Source: Octopus sinensis (lineage: Eukaryota). From it: a stretch of DNA of 64,000 nt. The notes under the pieces were generated by a model. The model did no database searches. It was given only the letters and a program-made list of their open reading frames with translations, and was not told where the DNA came from. Position numbers and translations under genes: made by a program. The stretch is taken from the NCBI RefSeq assembly GCF_006345805.1, contig NC_042998.1:42656001-42720000 (forward strand). Direction: 5' to 3'. How positions within the stretch are numbered: position 1 is the stretch's first letter; every line of letters starts with the position of its first letter. This document shows, piece after piece, positions 26,742-38,314 of the stretch.

Positions 26742-26940
26742 TGTATGTATGTATGTATGTATGTGTGTATATATATATATATATCATCATCATCATCATC
26801 ATCATTGTTTAACGTCCACTCTCCATGCTAGCATGGGTTGGACGAGTTTGACTGAGGGCTGGCGAACCAGATGGCTGTACCAGGCTCCAGTCTTGATCTG
26901 GCAGAGTTTCTACAGCTGGATGCCCTTCCTAACGCCAACG

Positions 26941-26986
<46 letters not shown>

Positions 26987-27210
26987 CTGTTATTATATAT
27001 ATACGTCTCTACAATTTAGTGGTTCAGCAAAAGAATCTGATTGAACAAATGAGTACTGGGGTTAGTTTGTTCAACTAAGCCTTTCAAGGCAGTGCCCCAG
27101 CATGGCCACAATCCAAAGACTGAAACAAGTGAAAGATAAAAGATAATGATAGTCAAGGTCTAGGATCAATTTTTTTCTGTCTTTCTCTCTTGTCTTTCCC
27201 TCTCTCCCTG

Positions 27211-27245
<35 letters not shown>

Positions 27246-30200
27246 CTTACTCTCCTCTCTTTCCCTGTCTCTCTGAATTGGCTATGTTGCACCATGAGAA
27301 TGGTTCTGTGGGAACCACTCATAGCATCCCTTTCTTTAGAAATGGTGAAGTGTTGAGTGGAAAGCTAGCTACATTTTTTCATAGGAAAAAACCAATATGC
27401 TACAGGTACCGTCCAAGACTAGATCAATATAAAGCACAGCATGGCATGGGAATAAAAGAAAAAAAGAAGTAATAACATATTGGGTTCAAATGATGCCTAT
27501 AAAAAGAGAAACCAATATTACCGCCTCCTTGAATCCATCCATTTGGTACAATTCTGTGGAAAAAGGAGCCTTCATAAGTGAGTTTTCTCAGTGGGTCACG
27601 TGCCATGGGAGTATTTCCAACGCATAATGTTTTGAAATTTTCACATGTTTTTGGAAGAATGTCATTGAACAACTACAAGAAAAATCAAGTAAAAAAAAAA
27701 TGAAAAAAGTAAAAAAATAAAGCATGTCATTAATTGAAATGATTTTAAAATATTGTATTTTTATCTCCATGCATACAAGTTGAATTTTTCAGAACAAAAT
27801 TTTGAGTTAAAAGAAGGTAGCTGGAATAATACACCAAAACAACTTTGGAGGACCAAAAATTCCATGTGAAATGCAACAGGATTTGGAAAGATAGCGATGA
27901 TGTTTGAATGTTTACCCTGCATGGTTACAATATGTACAACATAGGCTTATATGCCTGGGAACATGATAAAGGCCACCTTTGCATGAAACAACTTTTATTT
28001 TTAATGATTTTCTGAATGTACAGTGTAGTGAGTTTAAAGCAGTGGGAACAAAATAAGATCAATGGTGTGTGAACAGAAAACAAAGATTTCAGATATACTA
28101 GATAAATAGTAGTTGTTAGAATTAGCATCAGTTATGAAATGCTGTCTGTTAGCTACCAAGACAGCTCACTAAGCATTTAAGACACTTTACTTGTTAAAGT
28201 TATCTCCACAGATTTTTCTATAGAAATTATGGCCAGCACTGATTTTATTATGATGTTTCATATCTGAGATGCCTGATATAACAACAAGATAGAATTAGAA
28301 AATTACTATTTTTAAATCTCACAACGTGAGATATTCAGCAACAGTACTTTATAGTAAAGATTGTTTGCCAACATAACATGGCAGTCCTGGTTTAAGACAA
28401 ATGTTGCTGTAATTTAGCCCCAGGAGACATTGTCTGCAGCTGGCTACACGACACGATCTGTGTCCTTATATTTTTGAACAAGGGGATCTAGCACGCCCAC
28501 TCAGCTCAAAACAATATCTGTGTATCACGATTTCCAGGTATTTACCCTTCATCAGAAACAAAATAATTGTTCGGCTGAGGTGGGGCTGCCAAATTCCCAT
28601 TCAAAATATATATAGTTTTCAAAGTGACAACTAGTCACTGATCTATAAATTAGAAAATTACTATTTTTAAATTTCACAGGACTGTTATGTTGGCAAACAA
28701 TCTTTACTACAAAGTACTGTTGCTGAATATCTCACGTTGTGAGATTTAATGTTACTTACCTCAATTAGGAAAAATCCAGAGTCTATGTCATCGATACTGA
28801 TGTACATGTAGATAAAATCATGCTAGTACAAAATACAGGAAACAAAAAAAAAACAGATAATTAACAAAATTCAATAAAACAATAGGATATAGTACATTAT
28901 ATCATATAGAGACATGAAGCATAACATAAGCAACATTCTTAGAGATTTTTAGTTAGTAAAAAGCTTTTATAGTTTTCTGCAAATAGTTTTAATGTATTTT
29001 TGTTGAATTGTATTGCCATTTATAAAAAAATTAGTTATCAAAATTCAACCTTTTACTGCTTACTATAAATAATAGCTTTTTATATCTAATAGGACTGAAA
29101 TATTTCATTACTCATCAAAAACCTTTAATGTTTAGTAGTGTCAAAATATTTCATCACTCATCCATTTTCTCTTATTTTTAACAGCATCAAAATATTTCAT
29201 TATCTATCTATAACTTTTTATTTTTAATCACATCAAAATATTTCATTATCCATCTATAACTTCTATATTTAATAGTACCACAAAATTTCATCATTCATCT
29301 ATTGCCTTTTAATACTTAACAATTTTTATATTTAACAGTATCAAAATAATTTCATCACTCACCTACAGTGATGGCTTATGCAATTATCTCCATATTGTTT
29401 TTTTTTAAATGGTAGCTAAAAATGTAACAATTCAGCTACTAGTGTTATTTACATTGTCACTTTTCAATATTATTTTGTAGTGGAAGTGGAATCAGATCAA
29501 CAAACTGAAGCTTTTCTGAAACACATTCTGAATTTTTTCTACTTTGTTTACATATTTGGTTCTCAAGATCCTTAAATAGGAATTGAGTATTGAGACTGAT
29601 TTTTAATGTCTTAAAAGGGCCATTAAGCCAATAAGAAACACATACACAGTTTCTATTTCACTTCTTTTATAATTAATATTTAACTAGTTAACAATTTAAC
29701 CTATTAACTAATCAATTGTTTGAATATTTTCTCAGTTAATCAATCAGTCACTAAGGTTCATCATATATATATATGGGGGAGGGTACCTTTGTGTGGTGTT
29801 GTGTTTGTCCCCCACCTGTAACTTAGTGGTTCAGTTAAAGGTACTGATAGAATAAATAGCAGACTTAAAAACAAGTACTGGGGTTGATTTGTTCTGCTAA
29901 AACCCTTCAAGGCAGTGCCCCAGCATGGCCATAGTTTAATGAGTGAAACAAGAAAGATAAAAAAAAAATAAAGCATAAAAATTGTTAAAACTATAAAAAA
30001 TTTAAAATCAACATATGAAAATGCTTTTCATTTTAGTACAGTGTCCACTAAGACCCTAACAGGAAATGTAAGCCACTGCTGCCACTATGAAAAAGAAAAA
30101 AAACCCCACCTTTATTACTTATTGAATACTTACATTTCTCTTGATTAATTCATTTCTGTAATCCTCTTCAACTAATGCAGAAAACAATGTATATGGTAAA

Positions 30201-33200
30201 TTGTTGTCATAAAATTTACTATAATCAGCCCAGTACAAAAGATCATCATAGCTACCAAGCATTTTATCGTTGATAAACACCAATTCATTTTTGTCATATA
30301 TCCACATTTCTCCTTGGAGCAACTGAGAAATAGATTAAACAAACCACAGAACAGTTAATCTTTTGAATTTAACAAAACAGGATTATTACAAAAATTATTT
30401 TGCTATCAGACAGGCATTCATCTCAAGAGAGAAGAGTTAAAGCAATTTTATTTTTAAACAGATGAGAGAGTCACTGTGTAATTAACTGACTTAGCAACCA
30501 TTTGTAGTTACTTCTGGAGGCTAAATGTAATGTTCACACTACATTTTGGTGTCTTCAAGTACCTGAAACTCAGCCTAATATAAAGTATACTGGTTTCAAA
30601 TTTTGGCACAGGGCCAGCCAATTCGAGGGAGGGGATAAGTTGATTACATTGACCCCAGTGCTCAACTGGTACTTTATTTTATCAACCCTGAAAGGATGAA
30701 AGGCACAGTTGACCTTGGCAGGATTTGAACTCAGAATGTAAAGACAGATGAAATGTCACTTAGCATTTTGCCCAGCGTGCTGATGATTCTGTCAGCTCCC
30801 TGCCTTAGCCCAGTATAAAATATATTGAATTTCTCAAATCAAAACAATATATATGATGTTGACAACAAAATGACGATGATGACAAGGTTGATGATAATGA
30901 TGATGAACATAATCATTATAACGACACGATGACGATGTAGCAATGATGAGTATGACAGTGATGATGGTGGAAGTGCTGTCTTAAGGCTTGGGGATGCTGG
31001 GCAGTTACCCAGGGACCTTATGGACATAGAGGTCCAATTCTGATCTATGTGTGCTGGGGATTGTGTCAATAAATAAATATTATCAGGCCCAATACAGTGA
31101 TTTACCCAATACTAATCTACATATGCTGTCAATAGATAAATATTATAGGACCCAGTACATTGATTTGCCCAGAGGCCTACAATACTGCCAAGATGGCTCT
31201 GGATAGTGGTGGTTATGAAGTGGTGATGGTGATGTGGTGATGGTGGTAGTGGTGATGATGATGATGATGATGATTAACAAGTTAGTTAGCAACTCCAAAA
31301 AGTTAACATTTGTAACAGCAAGAAGATAAATTCTTACAATGTATGATTGTTAACTATGCTTACTAAAATGCAGAAATTTCTGTTTTTCCAAGCATTAAAA
31401 AAAGCAAAATAGTTTACTTACCTTTTTCTGCTTTTCAATAAATTCTTCCCACTCAAATTCAAACATGGGAACAATATCAGGTTTTTTAAACGTTTCAGGA
31501 AAATCAACTTCCATTTTCTGTCAAGAGAAATATTTCTTTGGAGTAGCTTTTACAAACAACTTCTGAAAGGTTTTTAGTAAAGACTTTACAAAAATTAAAT
31601 TAAATAGAATAGAATTCCTTATATTCTCTCAGTATTATTTTCCAGGTTTGAAAGTCAATAACAAGATTTGCCAAGGTAGTTGTAAGCATGACTGCATAGT
31701 TAAGTTGTTCACATCCACTTGTTGCTGAATTCAACCCCACTTCATGAAGGCAAGTATATTCTACATCAACCTAAGGTTGACAAAATTTGGTTGGCGGCGA
31801 TTAGGTGTCTATGGTGTATGTGTGTGTGAGAGAGAGAGGGAGAAAGAGAAAGTGAGAGAGAGAGGGGGGAGAAAGTGAGAGAGAGAGAGTGTGTGTATGT
31901 GCATGTATGAGGTGGTACCCAAAAATAACCAGAAACGTTCTCTGTGAGACAAGTCCATTGTAGTTGAAGCTTCTACCACTAGAAGCCACTTGATGCAGAC
32001 CTCAAGCCAACCAGCATCGTTGCGTGAAGTCGTACTGCCACATGGTGCATCTTTGTTTTCCAGTACTTCTTCCCTGTTTGTCAATTTTTATGATGGTCGA
32101 AACGAAGGAACAGCATGCTTCCATGAAATTCTATTTTCTGTTGGGGAAAACAGAGGCCAAAACAGTTGTCATGCTTCCAGCTTACAAGAACACTGTACCA
32201 AGAGCAAAACACAAAGTTTATGAGTGGTTTTTGGGCTTTAGGAATGGTCACTTGTTGCTTGAAGACCAACCTTATTCAGGTCATCTGTCGACCTCCCGAA
32301 TAAATGAAAACATCATGAAAATTCATGATCTTGGAGGACCATTACAAAGCTATTGATGAACTAGTTGATATGACTGGTGAGTCCTTGAGCTCCTGTCAAC
32401 GAATCTTGAGTGAGGAATTGTGAATGAAATGAGTTGCAGCATAATTTGTGCCTCGCTTGCTCACAGACCAAGAGCAAGAACAGCTGGAAATTGATCCAGA
32501 CCTTTTTTCAAAGGTCATCACTGGTAATGAAAGCTGGTGCAACAGAATTTGCAGAAGTGGATGAGATGAAGAACAAAAACGATGGGGGTGTTAAAAGGCA
32601 TTACTTTGCAAGAGTTCCAGGACTGTTTTGAACAGGAGAAAACGCGTCTGGACCGATGCATTGCTTCAGATGGAGAATACTTTGAAGGCAATAAAAGTGT
32701 AAACATGTAAAACTGATAATAATATTGCAAAATTCTGGTTTCTTTTAGGTACCTCTTCGTATGTGTCTTTCGCCAGTGTATATCAAGTAGGAGCATAAAT
32801 GTTACCAGGAGAACAGGAAATCTCGTACCTTGTGAATTATTATGCATCAAATTAAATACTCAAATTATTATGTTTCAAATTAGATACTCTTTTATTAGTT
32901 TTGTCATCAGAAAGGTAGTGAACCAGTGAACTTGCTGGAAATCTATAACTAATAATGATACTGTCTGCAATTTGCAAAGTAAAATAAATAAATAAATTAA
33001 TTAATTAATAAATGAATAAATTAATAAATAATTGCCATGAAAAATTCCAATATGATTCCATTACTCTGTACTTCATAATTCCAAGTTTCTACAATTACTT
33101 TCATTATTTATTTGCCAACACAGAACTAACCAGCTATTTTTAAAAAATTTAATTACATAATTTTAATTTTGTTTCTTGCAAACAGTATTTGATACCAGGG

Positions 33201-34251
33201 GTTTAGATTATTTAAATCTAAGCCACTCTTATTTTATTTGTAATTGTTGAAGAACTTTAATTATAATCACTTTACATACTTTCAGTTTTCATATTCCACA
33301 GACATACAATCTTCTAACAAATGTATCATGGAATGAATTTTCCTGCTGAAGTTCTTACTGCATTAAATTCAACTTTTATTGTTACTGATAGCTCCACCAT
33401 AAGACAACATTGACTGTCCACATGTCAAAAAAAACTCAATTATTTAGTGATCCAAAGAGCTAACTAATTCATTTATAGAAGGTGTGGATAGACTGTATTT
33501 TCTTGTATGTAAGTCAAATTTTTCAAACCAAAATTTACAGCCAAAAAGGGTAAGTCAACTTATACTACAAAGTGACTTTGGAGGACTAAAACTTCCATGT
33601 CAAAGGCAGCAGGATTTGGAAAGATAGAATGTTCACATGATATATATTTCATTGACTTGTATGCTGGAAAATACAGTACAACAAAGAAAGTACATAAGCA
33701 CTTAAAATATGAAGACAGATACATTTTACTACATCTAGATACTACACCTCTCTCTGGCCTTTTCATTAGTTTCTTTGTTATAGAGAAACGGGCTGGATCC
33801 ATAGCATTAACAATCCTCTGAGACCAGTGAGGTTGATGCAAGTAATATCTTCCTTGAACAATTTATGAGTCAATGACTACATAAAAAAAAACATGTGAAA
33901 AGAGGAAATTTCAAACAATGGACTATTCAAAGTATATGTTATTATAGAAAGCAAAAATATAGTTTTTCTATTCATTTTTGTAAACTGATGCGATGCTTAC
34001 AAAATTTTGCATATTACTAAATGATTCGTTCCCCATTCCTAAACGCTCCTATCATCAAAACACTGAATATGAATGGAGTTTTTTAACGATATACCGTAAT
34101 GACAGCAAAAGGATTCGAAATTCATTTTCAACAAATACGATAAAAACATAAGCAGTTTACAAACTTGTGCACAATATTGAGCTCTTTTGAAATTCATAGA
34201 ATCAATTAATCCATAAATGACGACTTTGTAATTCTTTGCAGAAGTGGCCAT
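10200..34251 (-). CDS. PPIL6: PPIL6-type cyclophilin (peptidyl-prolyl isomerase-like 6), 8 coding exons, 1410 nt / 469 aa: join(complement 34165-34251, 31422-31517, 30134-30322, 28760-28822, 27522-27672, 16252-16308, 13798-13933, 10200-10830)
   Basis: All 7 introns are GT-AG with consistent phases and the joined CDS is open. Cyclophilin motifs: [76 protein letters not shown]. The N-terminal extension and the NGWIQGG variant match PPIL6 as I recall it. Confidence 0.9.
10263..10430 (-). repeat. Coding 18-bp tandem repeat, (EPDEKV)x8 plus degenerate flanking units
   Basis: Unit atctgg(t/c)tcaactttttc seen 8 times, with t/c alternating in copies 2-8 (36-bp higher-order period). Confidence 0.95.
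11246..11690. repeat. Microsatellite cluster: (GAT)n, (GT)n, (GA)n
   Basis: Direct reading. Confidence 0.9.
13798..13933 (-). CDS. PPIL6: PPIL6 exon 7 ([46 protein letters not shown])
   Basis: Acceptor ttattctttag, donor gtaaga, 136 nt. Confidence 0.92.
14341..15620 (+). mobile_element. Full-length mariner (DD34D-type) transposon with frameshifted transposase, antisense in PPIL6 intron 6
   Basis: TIRs ta-tgagggacgttcaataagtaat and attacttattgaacgcccctcg-ta, with TA at both ends. Transposase pieces [54 protein letters not shown] and [11 protein letters not shown] lie in different frames. Confidence 0.93.
15776..16195. mobile_element. SINE family C: a minus-strand tandem (about 1.6 units, 15842-16125) nested inside a plus-strand relative
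   Basis: Reverse complement of the 39790-40150 unit repeated; the plus-strand head (15776-15840) and tail (16126-16195) flank it. Confidence 0.75.
16252..16308 (-). CDS. PPIL6: PPIL6 exon 6 ([19 protein letters not shown])
   Basis: Acceptor ctctctcttccag, donor gttggt, 57 nt, phase 1-1. Confidence 0.9.
17856..18004. repeat. (TAA)n/(ATT)n microsatellite at the 3' end of the Dong element
   Basis: Direct reading. Confidence 0.95.
18005..21194 (-). mobile_element. R4/Dong-clade non-LTR retrotransposon (RT + CCHC zinc knuckle + RLE), 5'-truncated, in PPIL6 intron 5
   Basis: 939-codon ORF 18179-20998: [88 protein letters not shown]. The upstream frame continues to 21194 across a frameshift near 20930. 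Both ends abut (TAA)n. Confidence 0.92.
21195..21272. repeat. (ATT)n microsatellite at the 5' junction of the Dong element
   Basis: Direct reading. Confidence 0.95.
21273..21765. mobile_element. Unclassified ~490-bp higher-GC block bounded on both sides by (ATT)n, probably an interspersed repeat
   Basis: Sharp compositional boundaries at the ATT arrays (21272 and 21766); no ORF; no second copy in this window. Confidence 0.4.
22170..22510. repeat. Compound microsatellite (TCTA/TCTG/CCTG/TA/GA/TACA)
   Basis: Direct reading. Confidence 0.95.
23077..23400 (-). mobile_element. RTE LINE 3'-end copy
   Basis: Same catcatcgtttaa...gatgcccttcctaa...ccactc block as 23756-23950. Confidence 0.8.
23756..24860 (-). 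mobile_element. RTE-clade LINE, 5'-truncated 3' portion with a (TGA)n tail
   Basis: [12 protein letters not shown] zinc-finger-like segment, [53 protein letters not shown]; one frameshift near 24370. Confidence 0.9.
24900..25800 (+). mobile_element. Penelope-like retroelement 3' fragment: GIY-YIG endonuclease plus pseudo-LTR
   Basis: ORF 24929-25468: [55 protein letters not shown]. It is followed by a 30-bp direct repeat (25516-25577) and a hammerhead-like relic. Confidence 0.88.
26070..26692 (-). mobile_element. Tc1/mariner-superfamily fragment with DD37D (maT-like) spacing, 3' part only
   Basis: [25 protein letters not shown], then [11 protein letters not shown]. There are 37 residues between the second Asp and the third catalytic position, which is mutated to Tyr. 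An internal stop is present. Confidence 0.75.
26783..26940 (-). mobile_element. RTE LINE 3'-end copy
   Basis: Same 3' UTR block. Confidence 0.8.
27010..27145 (+). mobile_element. SINE family A, 3' half
   Basis: gtgccccagcatggccac...gactgaaacaag tail. Confidence 0.65.
27522..27672 (-). CDS. PPIL6: PPIL6 exon 5 ([17 protein letters not shown]...[13 protein letters not shown])
   Basis: Acceptor tttttcttgtag, donor gtaata, 151 nt; catalytic Arg motif FHR. Confidence 0.92.
28313..28748. repeat. Long inverted repeat (arms 28313-28389 and 28677-28748) plus a 25-bp direct repeat (28293-28317 / 28648-28672)
   Basis: The arms differ by one substitution and a 5-nt indel. Confidence 0.92.
28495..28586 (-). 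ncRNA. Degenerate type I hammerhead ribozyme motif in PPIL6 intron 4
   Basis: The minus strand reads stemI-CTGATGA-agggtaaatacctg-GAAA-tcgtgaTA-stemI'. The stem I arms gccccacctcagccgaacaattattttgttt and cacagatattgttttgagctgagtgggc are largely complementary. Confidence 0.6.
28760..28822 (-). CDS. PPIL6: PPIL6 exon 4 ([21 protein letters not shown])
   Basis: Acceptor ttttgtactag, donor gtaagt, 63 nt; first beta strands of the cyclophilin domain. Confidence 0.88.
29090..29370. repeat. Degenerate ~43-bp minisatellite, about 6 copies
   Basis: Recurring caaaatatttcat(t/c)a.tcatc motif. Confidence 0.75.
29780..29975 (+). mobile_element. SINE family A, 3' half
   Basis: Same tail block. Confidence 0.65.
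30134..30322 (-). CDS. PPIL6: PPIL6 exon 3 ([19 protein letters not shown]...NELIKRN)
   Basis: Acceptor tatttctcag, donor gtaagt, 189 nt. Confidence 0.88.
30585..30810 (-). mobile_element. SINE family C monomer
   Basis: Reverse complement of the same core. Confidence 0.75.
31422..31517 (-). CDS. PPIL6: PPIL6 exon 2 ([32 protein letters not shown])
   Basis: Acceptor tttctcttgacag, donor gtaagt, 96 nt; missed by the ORF track. Confidence 0.85.
31906..32761 (+). mobile_element. Internally deleted, decayed mariner in PPIL6 intron 1
   Basis: Imperfect TIRs tatgaggtggtacccaaaaataaccagaa and ttctggtttcttttaggtacctcttcgta; remnants [37 protein letters not shown]. Confidence 0.8.
34165..34251 (-). 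CDS. PPIL6: PPIL6 exon 1 ([29 protein letters not shown])
   Basis: ATG at 34251, 87 nt, donor GTTTGT, phase 0. Confidence 0.8.
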
Positions 34252-35699
34252 TTTGCCGGCTCAACAAACTCGGAATGTGAAAAGAATAACGTGTTAAGAA
34301 TCTTCGTTGTTTACAAATATTATATGGTTATTAGTTACCATAGTTACAGCATTACAAGGAAGATAACTCTAACGTACTACTTCCTCAATATGAAGCATGG
34401 AGATTTAGGGTAGAGGGGAAATTTTGCTGCTCATGTTTCTTTTTCGTCTTCATTATATATTTTTGTAAGGGATAGCTTATCAAAATACTGACTAAATTGA
34501 ATAAATTTCAGTTGTTGAATCGCACTAAAAATTATAATTAAAACAGGGAACAAATTAAGATTCCTAAATATTCAAAATTATCTACTATCTATATATTTTC
34601 AAACAGTTGTTTTTAAATCTGCTGATGTTTGAAGAATTTTGTCTGACTTCAGTTTAAAAGTAGTTAAGACACCAGCGGCGGCGAGAAGACATGCGGTTTA
34701 GTGAAAGAATTTCATTCGTCATTATAACGAGGCAATTATTCCACAATTCTTTCTTGTTTTCACTTATCTAATTCAAGAGAACTGCTGTTTTTTTTAAATA
34801 ACCAAGTAAATATATATTATACAAGCATTCATTTTGAAACTACAAACAGGATGAAAGACATGTAAATAATTCAATTAGTGTATTAATTTATTTGAATTCG
34901 CTATTAGAAAAATGTTTAATTAAATACATAGATTTAGATTCAACTCTTATATTTACGTATACATGTATACTTGTATACTCAATGTACTTGTTCAGAGCCC
35001 TAATTACAAAAAAAAAAAAGAAGAAGTAAATGCGTAAACAGTGTTCAGCTGCTGAAAGGAAATTAAACATCAAAAATCAATGAAGAAACTTCGGGATAAT
35101 GGATTCTACATCGTGTAATGCAAAATAGAGTTACGTCCCTTGTACTAACTATTGCATATTTATGGCAATTTTGTTATAAAAAAAAACTAGTTATCATGTA
35201 CTTTTATGCAATACTTATTAACAGAATTAAAAAATGTCTATAATTCGAAAGTAATTCTACCAGAGTTCAATATCGACAATTTTCCAGAATTTGAAGGTTA
35301 AAGGTTAATACGATTTGTCCCTTTATATTTGTTAAGTGAAATACTTCTTGCATACGTTAAGAATATATGCATTTAAAAACTAAACAACACACACACAGTG
35401 TGTGTGTACTCGCATGGACTTAAGCAGAAAATGTCATCTCTCTCATTCTCAAATACTGGCTGTTTGGTTCTTTGTTAAATTGTTCCAGTCATAACCTTCG
35501 CTCCCACTGTTAACGAGTTCCTAACCCAAACCAATACTCGATATTTTTTTGCTCGCAGTTAGCTGGAAGCCTTTTATTGAACGGAGGGACGCGTCTGTAT
35601 TTCTTCGATAACTGGCAAAGAAAGGCAGTACAGTTATGGTTTGGTAAAGCCGACCTGTAAAGGGCCGAAACACTCCGACAACTCAGTAATTCTCGTTTC

Positions 35700-36035
35700 T
35701 ATTGATCGCAACCAACAATTTGTTAATACTTCTGAACCCAAGTTCATCCTCTACTGCCTTTTTCGTTCTCTACTCTCAACCTTCGATCGCTGATTTACCC
35801 CACAAAACTTGAAGTCTAACAATTCCGCCCACACCATCATATCTGCTTGTAACTGCTACACCGAACTCATTTCTGAGTATCTCAGTCAATTCTTGTCACT
35901 CTCAATAGCACCTCTCCTAACCTACATTTTTGACACTAATAACGCCCTTAACATTTTCAACTGCTTTCTTTCGGTCCCTTCGAACCATTTTTGCCATGGA
36001 CATTAAGACCTTCTATGCCGTCTCCATGAACAAAT
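35700..36035 (+). mobile_element. Penelope-like reverse transcriptase relic
   Basis: IISACNCYTELISEYL, TYIFDTNNALNIF, then frameshifted FAMDIKTFY; resembles the PLE RT RPIVS..C.TE.IS / MDI.SLYT region. Confidence 0.65.
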
Positions 36036-36319
36036 TAAGGCCACCTGAAGCTCTGAGCACAACCCGAGAATGGAACTCCCTTACCCCTTCCATTATCAAA
36101 CTGAGAGGACATTAAGGCACAATGAGTACTGAATATAAAACATGATTCAAAAAATCATTTTCCTTCCAGACCTGTTCAGATCCCACAATTATATTCAATA
36201 AAGTTTGATTTCTTTAAAATTTTATTTAATCAATAAGCAACGAGCGCGCACACACACGTCTCCACGCCCGAAACACACACACACACTCAAACAAACGCAT
36301 ATTGTGTGTATTCTTTTAA

Positions 36320-36690
36320 TTCTCGTTTCAGTCATTTGACTGCGGCCATGCTGGAGCACAACCTTAAAGGGTTTTAGTCGAAAAAATTAACCCCAAGACT
36401 TATTCTTTGTAAGCCTATCAGTCTCTTTTGCCGAGCTGCTAAGTTACAGGGACAGAAACACATCAGCATCGGTTGCCAACCGATGGCGTGGACACATGCA
36501 CACACACAAACACGCACGCGCACACACACACACACACGACGAGATTCTTTGTTTCCGTCAACCAAATCCACTCACAAGGCTTTGGTCGGCCCGAGGCTAT
36601 AATAATAGACATTTGCCCAAGGTGTCACACAGTGGGACTGACCCGGAGCCATGTGGTTGAGAAACAAACTTCTAACCACACAGCCACACC
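36320..36690 (-). mobile_element. SINE family A
   Basis: Reverse-complement copy. Confidence 0.8.
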
Positions 36691-37699
36691 TATATATACA
36701 TACATACATTCATACATACATACATACATGCATACATATCTATATCTATAAAAGGCAGGATGTGTGTGTGTGTGTGTGTGTGTGTACGTGAATGTAATTT
36801 ATTCACGTCCACAGATTAGCACGCATGTCGCTCCAATTTTAGGAGGACATTGGTAACGACCATGGCTGTGCTTTTGTCAACTTATTTTCCCCGAGACACC
36901 CGCGGATAGCGGTATAAATCGATTTTCAACCATAACTCTTACCAATTTTGAACGTCGATGAAATCTGTTTGCTAACATGAGTTAAGTCCCCTTCTTGTAA
37001 TGGTGAAGAGAAGGTGTGCTGTTGTGTGTGTGTGTGTCTGTGTGTATGTGTGTGTGTGTGCGTGTGAGAGAGAGAGTGACAGCGTACATTTTTAAAATTA
37101 CTTTTTTCGTTGCATCTCTTTTGAGTGAGTGATTGACAGAGAGAGAGAGTGTGTGTGTGATAGCGTAACGCTCCCCTTCTCTCTCTCTCTCTGTCAAACA
37201 CGCTAAAAAAGATGCAAGAAAAAGTAAAATAAAATTTACGCTATCTCTCTCTCTCTCGCTCTCACACACACACACTACAACACACACTTCCCCCCGTCTC
37301 TCTCTCTTTCCGCATCAAAAGCCAAATAAAGTTTTTTTACGGAATTTACCGAATGCTGTACCTTAACAGCTGATAGATCATTGACAACTCTGTGACTCAA
37401 AACAAAGGATAGTCCTCGCCGAAACTTATCTCCTGCCATAAAATCTTCGATGATATAATGATATCAGAAATAAATCACTGCTTTAATCCTCACCTCATAA
37501 AACCTACCATCCAATTAGTGGAACACCTCAAAACAACAACTCAAATGGAATAAAGAGTACATGTATCACAACAACAATAATAGCAAGTGTGTGTGTATAG
37601 ACTTACAATATATCCTATTATTAAGAAAATTTTACACAAGCATTCAATAAAACTCAAATGGGATAAAGAGTACACGCTTTATCCACCTGAACATTGCAT

Positions 37700-38053
37700 C
37701 GGGACCCGCTTGGTAGACAAGTCCCTGACGCCCCACTTTATTGAGGCCACCATTGTTACAGTGTGCGAGAGGGGGGATATGTTTTCATTTCAAGGATGTA
37801 CCTTTATCCCTCGGGGTCAGACATGCCGTTTAACTTCCGCAGATCGCAGTTCCCGGTGAGGCCATGCTTCGCCATGTCCATCAACAAATCACAAGGCCAA
37901 ACACAATCGGTGGAATGCATCCATTTGGGGGAACCGTGCTTTTCACATGGGCAACTTTATGTGGCCTGCTCCCGTGTGAGGAGTAGAAACGCTCTTTTTG
38001 TGTATGCTCCTCAGAGCAGAACACGCAATGTTGTCTATAGCAAAGTTTTATAG
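37700..38053 (+). mobile_element. Second Helitron PIF1-helicase C-terminal relic
   Basis: FRRSQFPVRPCFAMSINKSQGQT, CFSHGQLYVACSRV, TRNVVYSKVL*. Confidence 0.88.
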
Positions 38054-38314
38054 ACGTAGAAAGAACAAGTCATCATTGCAGCTTATGTGGTTTTATAAAC
38101 AGGTGATCCAGAAGCATTGGCCGGACATATTCCTCAAACCATGGCAACATGACTCATGGACTCTTCCTCTTCTTTATTGGACAATGCTGACTTCTCCGAC
38201 AACAATGTTCACTCAGCCGATATCAGCGCTTGGCCAAGTTGCTCATAGAGTTAGGCCCCCTATTTTTGTTAAGACTGTCATTAAGTTTTCCTAAGCTACT
38301 CCAATTCGGATCCC

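Noticed and set aside
28495-28748. Regularly spaced repeats as a CRISPR array (also 29090-29370 and 39790-40300)
   Set aside because: The context is eukaryotic, there are no unique spacers of constant length and there are no cas genes.
27010-29975. SINE pair flanking PPIL6 exons 4-5 as an inverted pair
   Set aside because: On inspection both copies are in the same orientation.
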